Under the pieces are notes generated by a model. That model was not told the origin of the DNA. It saw nothing but the letters and a program-made list of their open reading frames with translations, and did no database searches. A program made the position numbers and the translations under genes. From Eubacteriales bacterium (GTDB lineage Bacteria; Bacillota; Clostridia; Oscillospirales; UMGS1783), in contig JAZQVM010000024.1 of the NCBI GenBank assembly GCA_045631845.1, positions 1-55,996 on the forward strand: a DNA stretch of 55,996 nt, given 5' to 3'. Below, one piece after another: positions 47,489 through 55,996 of this stretch (its first letter is position 1; each line of letters opens with the position of its first letter).

Positions 47489-49525
47489 ATGAAACGAATT
47501 TGTGTATGGCTGTTGGCTCTGCTGATGCTGGTTTCGTTGTGCGCCTGCTCCGGAGAGAAGCAACCCGGATTGGTGCTGGATAGCGGCTGGGTTGTGCGAG
47601 GAGATGGGAGCGGAATCGGTGAAGGTGAGAAATGGTTTAAGGGATTTACCGACGCCAACGGTGAAGCATCCGAAGTGAAATGGTATGCCAATAAGTTTAA
47701 TGCCTCGCTGACGGACGGCGACCGTGTTATTCTTTCGGCTGCCGATTTGGGGCAGGATGCGACCCTTTGGCTCAACGGCAAGCAGATTGATAATCGTGAG
47801 GATGCCGCTGGTATCTTTTACCTCGATGTGACGGACACCGTTAAGCGTAACGGTACGAATCAATTGGTTCTGAAAGCTAAGGGTAATGCTGATGTGGATG
47901 GAATCGGACTCTCGGTTCGTCCGAAGATGGCGGTGGTTGAGGTTAAGAACCGTACCGAAGGAGATACCGTCACAGTGACTGCGGTTATGGATAATAGCGG
48001 CGCCAAGGATGACGTGGTATTTACGGTGGAGATGACAGCCATGGATTCCGGCAGGGTTATGACGCGTGCGATTGAGCAGGTGACGGTGAGCGAGGGGGTA
48101 AGTGAGCAGGTATTTACTCTGAATATTCCCGATCACGTGAAATGGGATCAGGATCACGCCTTCCTATATAATGTATCGGTAAAGGCACAGACGGCAAACT
48201 CGGTGGATATGGCTCATACATACGTAGGTTTTGCCGAGTTGACCAAGGATGAAGAGGGATATTTCCGACTCAACGGGAATACGACCTTCCTTCGTGCCGT
48301 TGACGTGCCGGAGCGGATTTTGGCGAACGATACGGCGATGCGTCGCTTTGTCGATTATATCCGTACTGTGGAATTTAATGCGGTCTATCCGCTGGTAACG
48401 CCCACGAAGGCGCTGCTGGATTACTGTGATCAGACTGGCATTATGGTTTTGATAGACCCCTCCGTTTCTGCAACGCATGGGGCTGATTCTCATGTCAGCC
48501 TCATGCCTGTCTCCTCCTCTGAATTGACGCCCGTTGGACAGGGGCTGCAGTTTGCCGTGGAGAAGCCCGTGGAAACGCTGGATAATATGTATAAGGAAAT
48601 GGGACTTAATCGCATCTACGGCGGCGCCGTTGACCTGTACAATGTCATGGGTAACGTGTATGTGTCACAGGTAAGCGATGCGATCCGTGATGCACGCCGT
48701 TTTGGCTCTCCCGCCATTCGCGTATGTGCGGCATTGGACAGCTATCCGGATGCACAGTTGTTGGCGGTGACCGATGGCATTGAGGAATTGCGCTATATCC
48801 TGTCTGTGGATCCGGTCATCCGTAAAGGCGAGAGCGTTTCGGTTAAGCTGGATTTAGTGGACGTGGATATTCTGTGGCCTAACAAGTTTAATGCTTATAT
48901 AAAAATCACCAACGATCAGGGTATCGTTTGGGATAAAACGGTTGAGTTTACCTCGCAGGCCAGTGCGTTGGGTCACATGACGGCGCAGATCCCCTTGGTG
49001 AACGAGTTTGTGCCGATCTCGGGTGTCGCAGGGAAATATACCGTGGCGGTAGAATTGACAGACCTGGCCCATCCCGTTTGCGGTGAAACCGAATTTTACG
49101 TGGTAGATAAAGCCGATCTGAGCGGGGCAACGATCGTAAGCGGTGTCCTAACCGCCGATGACAAGGCAAAAGCAGAAGCCGGCGGAAAGGTTATTCTTCT
49201 TAACGCTTCCGCTGAATCGGGATTGCCTTTTGATGCTACGTTTGTGACTGGCATGACCGGTGCCGTTGTGGATAACCGAGTCAACGCCGCATTCGCCGGA
49301 ACGGCAATCGCAACCATGGACGGTGTGGCGTTTGACCGAGCCATCAAGGCAGAGGGAGGAACCTCCTATCTGACTGGTTTTGGTCTGACATTGGATAATA
49401 CCTTGAACTATGGCAGTGTGATTGCGACCTATCCGGTTGGTTCCGGTAGCATTACTGTTGTGACCGCTGATGTCGATATCAGCAATCCTGTTATCGCCGC
49501 TGTGCTGGCTGCGGCTATCGCATAA
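47489..49525 (+). CDS. GH2-like lipoprotein with degenerate catalytic domain
   Basis: Lipobox LCAC; GH2-type sugar-binding and Ig domains (LWLNGK, LDVTD, W..D..FLY, YFRLNG, LDYCDQTGIMV), but no recognisable NE or SE catalytic motifs. Confidence 0.65.
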   Translation: MKRICVWLLALLMLVSLCACSGEKQPGLVLDSGWVVRGDGSGIGEGEKWFKGFTDANGEASEVKWYANKFNASLTDGDRVILSAADLGQDATLWLNGKQIDNREDAAGIFYLDVTDTVKRNGTNQLVLKAKGNADVDGIGLSVRPKMAVVEVKNRTEGDTVTVTAVMDNSGAKDDVVFTVEMTAMDSGRVMTRAIEQVTVSEGVSEQVFTLNIPDHVKWDQDHAFLYNVSVKAQTANSVDMAHTYVGFAELTKDEEGYFRLNGNTTFLRAVDVPERILANDTAMRRFVDYIRTVEFNAVYPLVTPTKALLDYCDQTGIMVLIDPSVSATHGADSHVSLMPVSSSELTPVGQGLQFAVEKPVETLDNMYKEMGLNRIYGGAVDLYNVMGNVYVSQVSDAIRDARRFGSPAIRVCAALDSYPDAQLLAVTDGIEELRYILSVDPVIRKGESVSVKLDLVDVDILWPNKFNAYIKITNDQGIVWDKTVEFTSQASALGHMTAQIPLVNEFVPISGVAGKYTVAVELTDLAHPVCGETEFYVVDKADLSGATIVSGVLTADDKAKAEAGGKVILLNASAESGLPFDATFVTGMTGAVVDNRVNAAFAGTAIATMDGVAFDRAIKAEGGTSYLTGFGLTLDNTLNYGSVIATYPVGSGSITVVTADVDISNPVIAAVLAAAIA

Positions 49526-49541
49526 TAAGGGGGTGCGAAGG

Positions 49542-52475
49542 GTGAAGAAATACATAGCTTTATTTTTGGCACTTGTGCTGGTTTTGGGTCTGGTTCCGGT
49601 AAGTGCATCGGCAAAGGAAGACTCGGCTGTGCTTATGCTGGAACAACCGGTACCCGACGCCACCTTAATGCTCAAGGAGCAATGGCATGTGGTTGCTGAC
49701 AGAGCCAATGTCGGTATAGATGAGCAATGGTATCAGGGCTTCCCCAGCATGGGTAAGATTGAGTCCTTGCCGTACAATCCGGGCATGACGGACGTGGCTA
49801 CTATATGGTTCTATAACAAGTTTACTCCCGATTTCAATGTAACGGAAGATCAACGCATTATTGCTCAATTTGAGGGCTTGTGTTATTACTCCATGATCTG
49901 GATTAACGGCAATTACATCGGCGAAAACGAGGGTGTTAACTGCCGTTTCTCCTTTGACGTGACGGATTATATTCGTGAGGATGAGGAGAACATGATCGCC
50001 ATTCGGTTATACGGCCCCATCGCCGGCTCTACGATGCGTGATCTGACCAGCGACGTTTACCCGCTCCGTGGCGGTACCGTGTATATTCAGCAGCCGGTTT
50101 ATCTGAGTGTTGTACCGGAGATTGCCATGGATAACGTTTACGTGGATACCAAGTACGATACGGGCAACGTGGAGATCAACGTGGTTCTGAACAACCCCGG
50201 TACCGAATCGGTGGCGGTGAATCTTGCGACGGTGATTACGCCAAGTTTTGATAACGTAACGGTGGCAAGCGGCGAAACGACGGTGGAAGCCACGCCCGGT
50301 TTCTCTTCACATAAATTGACGGTTCAGGTCAAGGATTTCCGAGCATGGTCACCGGACGATCCCTATTTGTACGACGCCAAGGTGACCGCCAAGGTTGAGG
50401 CGTTTGCCTATAGCGATTCGACAACTGTTCAGATAGGATTTAAGGATTTTCGCATTGATGAAGATGGATACTTTATGCTCAACGGAGAGCGTTTTTATGT
50501 GAAATCCATTCATATGACTACTTATCAAAATGGTTCAGTATATGCCTCATACGTGGGTATGAATATGGAGCCTTTCTTGGCAACGCTCGACTTTATTAAA
50601 GCCAGCGGCTACAATATGGTCCGATTCTTGTCTCAGCCCAGCTTGAGCGAAATCGTGGAATATTGCGATAAGATCGGCTTGTTGGTATATCAGGAAATCT
50701 CAATGGCTTGGCAAGAAGATTCTGAATATGGCGAGGAATTTATCCGCCGTGACCTTGCACAAACCATTGCCAGAGACCGCAATCATGCCTCTTTTGCGAT
50801 TATTGGCGTTTTGAATGAAACGAAGGATAATAAAACCGACTACGTCAATAATTTTCACGCTGCGGTTGGTGCCATTGACGTAATCCGTGCATATGATACA
50901 GATGTTTTGGCACTGATGTCCTCCGGCAGATGGGACAACGATGCATCCCTGGCTTCGGCATCCAATCCCGGCTCCACTACGTGGGATACCTATTTAGGCG
51001 ACGAAGGCGTGCTGGATGAAGAAGGAAACCATGGCGGAGCAAATGCTGTCGGTGACGTTCATGAATATCCGCACCTGCCCTTGGATGCCAGCGTTCGTGA
51101 ATCTTTTATGCGTTTTAGTACCTTCAAGCGTGGTGTCTTTGTTTCCGAGGGCGGTATCGGCTCTCAGGCGAATGTCGTATCCGGTCTTCGCATATGGCAG
51201 CAGGAAGGCCATGGCGCCTTGGAAGCCGGCACGGCCGGACGTGGTTTGGGACAGGTAAAGACGCTGTATTCCCTTTACGATAAGTACAATATGGCTTCGG
51301 CTTACGGCACCCCCGAACTTCTTATTCGGGATACGCAGGTTCTTTCTGCGTATAACCGTGGAATTTATATTGACTATATTCGTTCCAATTATAGAATTAA
51401 CGGCTATTCCATGACCATGACCACCGACGCCACCCAGCGTGGTGAAGGCGTATTGGAAGATACGTCTGATTTGAAAGACGGTCATTACGAAGTGATCCGT
51501 GAAGGCTGGGCGGATACCCGTTGGTGCCTGAACATCGATCAGTACAGTGTATATAACACCGATGAACTGGATGTGGAAATCTACCTGTCAGACCTTGGCA
51601 AATTGGAAACGAAAGAGTATACCGCTCGCATTACCGTTACCGGTGATGAGGGGCAGGTATGGGAAATGGAAATTCCGGTTACGCCAGCACGGGATAAAAA
51701 CGGCAACTACTTGCCTTCCACATTGGTGCACAAAGGAAATATTCCGTTGACCGATTTGCCGGCCGGCGAATACCGTGTTAACGTGGATCTGGTCGGTACC
51801 GGCGTATCCCGTACCCGTACCTTCTGGGTGTTCGAGGAGGAAAATCTGCCTAAACTGTCCGGCACCGTGTATGTGGTAGGCTTTAAGGGCGAGTCGCTGG
51901 AGTTCTTGAAACAATCCGGTTTAAATTGTATTGATTTGGATATCAATAATATCCCTGCCGGATGTACAGTCTTGCTGGGCGGGAAAAATATGAAAAACCG
52001 TGAACTGAAAGCGCTCTATGAATCGGTAGAAACTACCGGCACCACACTTGTTGGCATCAACCCCTCCGCTTTCGGTGACTGGAGCTTGGCAAACATGCCT
52101 TTCGGAAATAACATTTTTCAGGTGGAGTTCAGCAATTGGCTGTATCACCCCGATACCCTGATGCTCGATACTACGTTGACCGATGGCTTGCAGGATAACT
52201 GTATGGCGAACCCCATGTATTATCAGGAAGTGCACCCGACCACCTATTTCAATATTCCTGTAGACGAGGAAGAAGCGCTGGCGCTGTCCATGTTTATCGG
52301 TAATGACGGACATAAATCCAATGAAGCCTTGAAATTAGGTGTTCTTGCCGGCACGTATGCGCACGGTGAGGGTAAATGCGTGATCCATACCTTCAAATTG
52401 TTAGACAATCTGGGTACTCCTGTTGCCGATCGCATGCTGATCAACTTGCTTAATTATGCGCTGAATGAATGTTGA
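49542..52475 (+). CDS. Secreted glycoside hydrolase family 2 protein
   Basis: Signal peptide, IWING, FSFDVTD, WSPDDPYLY, YCDKIGLLV, RDRNHAS...LNE (acid/base) and VSEGG (nucleophile); GTG start. Confidence 0.88.
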   Translation: MKKYIALFLALVLVLGLVPVSASAKEDSAVLMLEQPVPDATLMLKEQWHVVADRANVGIDEQWYQGFPSMGKIESLPYNPGMTDVATIWFYNKFTPDFNVTEDQRIIAQFEGLCYYSMIWINGNYIGENEGVNCRFSFDVTDYIREDEENMIAIRLYGPIAGSTMRDLTSDVYPLRGGTVYIQQPVYLSVVPEIAMDNVYVDTKYDTGNVEINVVLNNPGTESVAVNLATVITPSFDNVTVASGETTVEATPGFSSHKLTVQVKDFRAWSPDDPYLYDAKVTAKVEAFAYSDSTTVQIGFKDFRIDEDGYFMLNGERFYVKSIHMTTYQNGSVYASYVGMNMEPFLATLDFIKASGYNMVRFLSQPSLSEIVEYCDKIGLLVYQEISMAWQEDSEYGEEFIRRDLAQTIARDRNHASFAIIGVLNETKDNKTDYVNNFHAAVGAIDVIRAYDTDVLALMSSGRWDNDASLASASNPGSTTWDTYLGDEGVLDEEGNHGGANAVGDVHEYPHLPLDASVRESFMRFSTFKRGVFVSEGGIGSQANVVSGLRIWQQEGHGALEAGTAGRGLGQVKTLYSLYDKYNMASAYGTPELLIRDTQVLSAYNRGIYIDYIRSNYRINGYSMTMTTDATQRGEGVLEDTSDLKDGHYEVIREGWADTRWCLNIDQYSVYNTDELDVEIYLSDLGKLETKEYTARITVTGDEGQVWEMEIPVTPARDKNGNYLPSTLVHKGNIPLTDLPAGEYRVNVDLVGTGVSRTRTFWVFEEENLPKLSGTVYVVGFKGESLEFLKQSGLNCIDLDINNIPAGCTVLLGGKNMKNRELKALYESVETTGTTLVGINPSAFGDWSLANMPFGNNIFQVEFSNWLYHPDTLMLDTTLTDGLQDNCMANPMYYQEVHPTTYFNIPVDEEEALALSMFIGNDGHKSNEALKLGVLAGTYAHGEGKCVIHTFKLLDNLGTPVADRMLINLLNYALNEC

Positions 52476-52489
52476 GAAAGGAGGAATGA

Positions 52490-53548
52490 ATGGTGAAAAA
52501 ATGGATTTGTTTCTTGCTGGCTGTGATTTTTTGCTTCAGCTTAGTGCCATCAGCTCACGCTGCTTCCGTCCCCACCTATAAGGTGGATGGTCCGAAAATG
52601 GTTGTGATCGACGGTAAAGCATCGGAAGCCGAATGGGGAAAGCCGATTTATAAGGATGTTTCCCTGCAGGCGGCAGAGGAAAAGAAGATTGACAGTCAGG
52701 TAACGGCATACTGGTTTGATGGCTCGAACAATCAGGATACGACCTTTGATCTGTACGTCACAAACAACGATTACGGTATTGCCTTCGCTTGCGTTATAAA
52801 AAACGTTCCTCCCGATGTCAGTCAGGAAACCTCGAATTGGAAGAGAATGAATTTTGCCTTTTCTCTCTCTAAGTGGACGGACGGCAGTTGCGTAGAAGTC
52901 AAGACCACCGATACCGGTTCGGATGAGGTCTATACCTACTATCGTTTGATGCTGCGTCCGGACGGCGAATTGATGGATATTCCGTCCAGTCTGGGCCTTA
53001 CAAGATACAACTTGTTCCGTGGATATGAGTATCAGATCAAATACGATGAAACTGCCCATAGCCTGACCTATGAGGTAATCGTGCCTTACAATTATACAAA
53101 TGTGGATATTTCCAAGGGGAATGAAATCGCCTTCTCTGCCCTGATTGCCCTGAATCGTGACGGCAATATGGTAAATGGCAACAAGAACGGTTCCAACCGT
53201 TTTCTGATCGGTACCGGCGCGGTCAATGCCGGTAAAGGTAAATTCTCCCATAAGAACCATTGCATAAAGATTAAATTGGCAAATCAGGATGCGATCCAGA
53301 AGATGGTAGCGCAAAATGCTACCGTCAATTCGGGTTCTACAACCCAAACCATGACTCACAACCAATCGCTGGAAATGTATCAGGGACCCCGCTACGAGCA
53401 GCAAACCCAGTCTGATTTTACCTTCGTCCACTGGTTCGCCATCGGAGCATCATCACTGATTATTCTGCTATGTGGGTCGGCAATCGTTCTTACCGTGGTA
53501 AAACGCAAAAAGAAATCCAATGCTGCACAGGAGGGAAGTACGGAATGA
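52490..53548 (+). CDS. Membrane-anchored DOMON/CBM9-like domain protein 1
   Basis: Signal peptide, VIDGK...EWGKP, YEV.VP, C-terminal TM and basic tail. Confidence 0.65.
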   Translation: MVKKWICFLLAVIFCFSLVPSAHAASVPTYKVDGPKMVVIDGKASEAEWGKPIYKDVSLQAAEEKKIDSQVTAYWFDGSNNQDTTFDLYVTNNDYGIAFACVIKNVPPDVSQETSNWKRMNFAFSLSKWTDGSCVEVKTTDTGSDEVYTYYRLMLRPDGELMDIPSSLGLTRYNLFRGYEYQIKYDETAHSLTYEVIVPYNYTNVDISKGNEIAFSALIALNRDGNMVNGNKNGSNRFLIGTGAVNAGKGKFSHKNHCIKIKLANQDAIQKMVAQNATVNSGSTTQTMTHNQSLEMYQGPRYEQQTQSDFTFVHWFAIGASSLIILLCGSAIVLTVVKRKKKSNAAQEGSTE

Positions 53549-54567
53549 AAAAGATTACTGCCGTTCTCTTAATCCTGCTGATGTCATTGCTTGCCCTGAC
53601 TATGTCGGTCAGCGCCGCCCAGTATAACGGAATCTCCCAGGTTATTCACGTGAATGCAACAGCCCATAACATTGTCATTGACGGCAAGATCGACGGTGAC
53701 GAGTGGGGTAAACCCATTCTCAGCGTGACGCCTGAGACGATCAGGGAAAAGTATAACATGAGCTGGAACTATACCGGCGATAAAGAAGCCAATGCCAACC
53801 AGCGGGTCGATATCTACGTCACCAACGATGGCGGCGTTCTCTATGTGGCGTGTAAGGTTACCAATACCGATTTTGATGATTCGGCACCGGATACCGGAAA
53901 GTTGCGCACCAAATATCCCCATTTTGGCTTTACCATGGCTACCTACGATGAGAATAGCGTCGTGCCGACGAAGATCTATCAGGAAAAGAATTATGAAGTC
54001 TACGGTCACTTTGGAATCGGCATGGTTGACGGACAAAAAACCTGCGTAACCAGATCACAGGGTTATAACGCCAAAAAGTTATATCCGGAAGATTACCAGA
54101 TCGGTTACGATGCCGCAACCCGAACCTATGTCTATGAGGTGCGCGTGGCGGAGGATTTGACAACGGTTGATATCATATCCGACTCGGCTGTGGTTATGTC
54201 CTTTGACGTGGGTTGTATCGATGACGGCAAATACGCCGGATATATGTTCTCCGATGCGGCAGCCAAGGTCTGGAACGGTCAGGGTGGCGCCGAAAAATTT
54301 GTTCATCGGAAAACCTTTCCGCTTATTGTAATTATGAATACGACCGCAGATCTGGTTAAACCGGAATTTGTGCCTACCACAAACGAAGCAGGGCTTGACT
54401 ATACGCCGCAAGACGGATTTTCCGATATTCTGGAGGCAGATGTGCTGCAAGAACAAACCACCTCGCTATCTACGGCAACTATCGTTACCATCTCGTTAGC
54501 TGCGGTGGCAGTGCTTTTGATTGTCACAACGGCGATCGTCATGCTGGTGGGAAGGAGACGCTCATGA
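53545..54567 (+). CDS. Membrane-anchored DOMON/CBM9-like domain protein 2
   Basis: Signal peptide (start MKKIT), VIDGKIDGDEWGKP, YVTNDGGVLYVA, YVYEVRV, C-terminal TM and RRRS. Confidence 0.65.
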   Translation: MKKITAVLLILLMSLLALTMSVSAAQYNGISQVIHVNATAHNIVIDGKIDGDEWGKPILSVTPETIREKYNMSWNYTGDKEANANQRVDIYVTNDGGVLYVACKVTNTDFDDSAPDTGKLRTKYPHFGFTMATYDENSVVPTKIYQEKNYEVYGHFGIGMVDGQKTCVTRSQGYNAKKLYPEDYQIGYDAATRTYVYEVRVAEDLTTVDIISDSAVVMSFDVGCIDDGKYAGYMFSDAAAKVWNGQGGAEKFVHRKTFPLIVIMNTTADLVKPEFVPTTNEAGLDYTPQDGFSDILEADVLQEQTTSLSTATIVTISLAAVAVLLIVTTAIVMLVGRRRS

Positions 54568-55562
54568 AAAGATGTATCGTATTGACACTGCTTGTGGCGA
54601 TGCTTGCATCGTTGCCTGTCTTTGCCGCTCAGTCTCCGATGAGTGTACCGATTTATGCCGACCCGACTGCCCCCACCGTCACCATTGACGGCAAGATTAC
54701 AAAGGAAGAATGGGGCGAGCCGGATGCTGTTTTCACCTATGATGATTTCACTAATGAGACAAACCCCGGTTGGCAAATTTGGAATTATACGGGTGACACC
54801 TCGGTGTTTGCCAACCAAAGCATAGAACTATATGCCCGTCGTGACGATACCCATCTGTATTTTGCTTTCCGCTTTGTCAATGCGCATCACATCGACTATG
54901 AAGAATATTCCGCAGCGGATGCTTGGCAGCATGCCGGTATGCGTTTTGCGCTCGGTGCGTATCACGAGGATACCATTATTGAAACCGACAAGGGTGGCGA
55001 CGGAACAAGTTATGAGAAATGGCTTGCCTTCAACATTCGCCCCAAATATAATGCCTCGGAAGATAAATTCATCACCACGGTTACCACAAAAGGTAACGTG
55101 GGGCAGAGCAGTTATAAAACGCCGGTTTGTGACTCTTTTGTAGATGAAGACAATATGATCTACTCCTATGAAGTAGCCTTGGCATTTTCCGATATGTACG
55201 GGGTTATCACTGCCGATACCGAGGACGTCGTTCTTGCTTTTGAAATGACCGATGCTCGTGTGGCAGGTAAGGACTGTGGCAATCGCTGGTTCGTATCCAA
55301 GGCGGAACGATTGGCGTATGAGGACAAGAATAACACCGCATTCTATGACAACAACCCTCTGCACATTATGTACGCAGAAGCCCCTGAAGAATCTGTGGTT
55401 CCGGGTGTCGAAACGGAGGATTCGTCTTCCGATCCATCCCCAATCAAAGAGTTTTCACCTGATCTATGGATCATTGTGGCCGGCAGTGCCGCCGCTTTGA
55501 TCGCTGTAGTTTTGTTTGTTATAGCATTACGAATATTTTTGAAAAAGGAGAATCAGAAATGA
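54564..55562 (+). CDS. Membrane-anchored DOMON/CBM9-like domain protein 3
   Basis: Signal peptide, PTVTIDGKITKEEWGEP, RDDTHLYFAF, YSYEVAL, C-terminal TM and basic tail. Confidence 0.65.
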   Translation: MKRCIVLTLLVAMLASLPVFAAQSPMSVPIYADPTAPTVTIDGKITKEEWGEPDAVFTYDDFTNETNPGWQIWNYTGDTSVFANQSIELYARRDDTHLYFAFRFVNAHHIDYEEYSAADAWQHAGMRFALGAYHEDTIIETDKGGDGTSYEKWLAFNIRPKYNASEDKFITTVTTKGNVGQSSYKTPVCDSFVDEDNMIYSYEVALAFSDMYGVITADTEDVVLAFEMTDARVAGKDCGNRWFVSKAERLAYEDKNNTAFYDNNPLHIMYAEAPEESVVPGVETEDSSSDPSPIKEFSPDLWIIVAGSAAALIAVVLFVIALRIFLKKENQK

Positions 55563-55996
55563 AAACGAAGAAGATCCTATCCCTGCTACTGGCATCTATC
55601 CTCTTATTGGGGCTGATTACCATCCCCACTTCCGCCGCCGATGCGGCAACGGACACCTATGCTCGCAGTGAGGCCACTGCATTACTTAATGCACCGAACA
55701 TCAACGGTTCGGTTTCGACAGCCGAATGGGGTGACCCCATGATTGTCACCAACAGTGACCATGCCTTGGATACCTGGGGCACCAGCGGTCATTGGATTTA
55801 TGATACAGTCAATTATGATCCTGAGCAGCTTGCGAAGGTGTGGCTGACCAACGACAATAACTTTATCTATCTGGCGGTTACCTTAGATCACGAAACTGCC
55901 GGTACGAAATTTTTTGGTACCGATAACAAGTATTATCCCCAAATGAGTGTTTTACTCTCTCAAAAAGGAGCCGATAACAGTCCTGTACTGGTAGGT
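55559..55996 (+). CDS. DOMON/CBM9-like domain protein 4, partial (runs off window)
   Basis: Manual translation MKTKKILSLLLAS... signal peptide, APNINGSVSTAEWGDP and WLTNDNNFIYLAV; ATGA overlap. Confidence 0.65.
   Translation, partial: MKTKKILSLLLASILLLGLITIPTSAADAATDTYARSEATALLNAPNINGSVSTAEWGDPMIVTNSDHALDTWGTSGHWIYDTVNYDPEQLAKVWLTNDNNFIYLAVTLDHETAGTKFFGTDNKYYPQMSVLLSQKGADNSPVLVG

Noticed and set aside
1-55996. CRISPR array, rRNA, intact integrase/transposase or prophage
   Set aside because: No regularly spaced repeat-spacer units, rRNA signatures or complete mobile-element genes were seen.

Overview
Chromosomal window from a spore-forming Clostridia-class bacterium, probably Oscillospirales/Acutalibacteraceae-like (inferred from spo0A, spoIVB, yabP-yabQ-divIC, the mltG-trmR-U32-PBP cluster and a PcrA with an N-terminal insertion). 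About 1-42.2 kb is mostly housekeeping and sporulation backbone: rex 5' end, three tRNAs, asnA, pcrA, trxB, Y-family polymerase + YolD, ptsH, uvrC, argGH, tmk, tcdA and gap. Small accessory modules interrupt it: a LytTR/DUF3021 regulatory pair, an orphan XRE/ImmA pair, an AT-rich islet at 15.4-17.5 kb, an AT-rich gene with a strongly structured terminator-containing leader RNA between spoIVB and spo0A, and two orphan paralogous sugar-binding lipoproteins. After gap lies about 2.5 kb of mobile-element debris (IS3-like, DNA methyltransferase and ICE CHAP fragments). The window ends in an AraC-associated glycan-utilisation locus: esterase, GH16, an apparently non-catalytic GH2-like lipoprotein, a full GH2, and a tandem array of at least 4 membrane-anchored DOMON/CBM9-like paralogs running off the end. 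All calls come from reading motifs by eye; no database searches were run.
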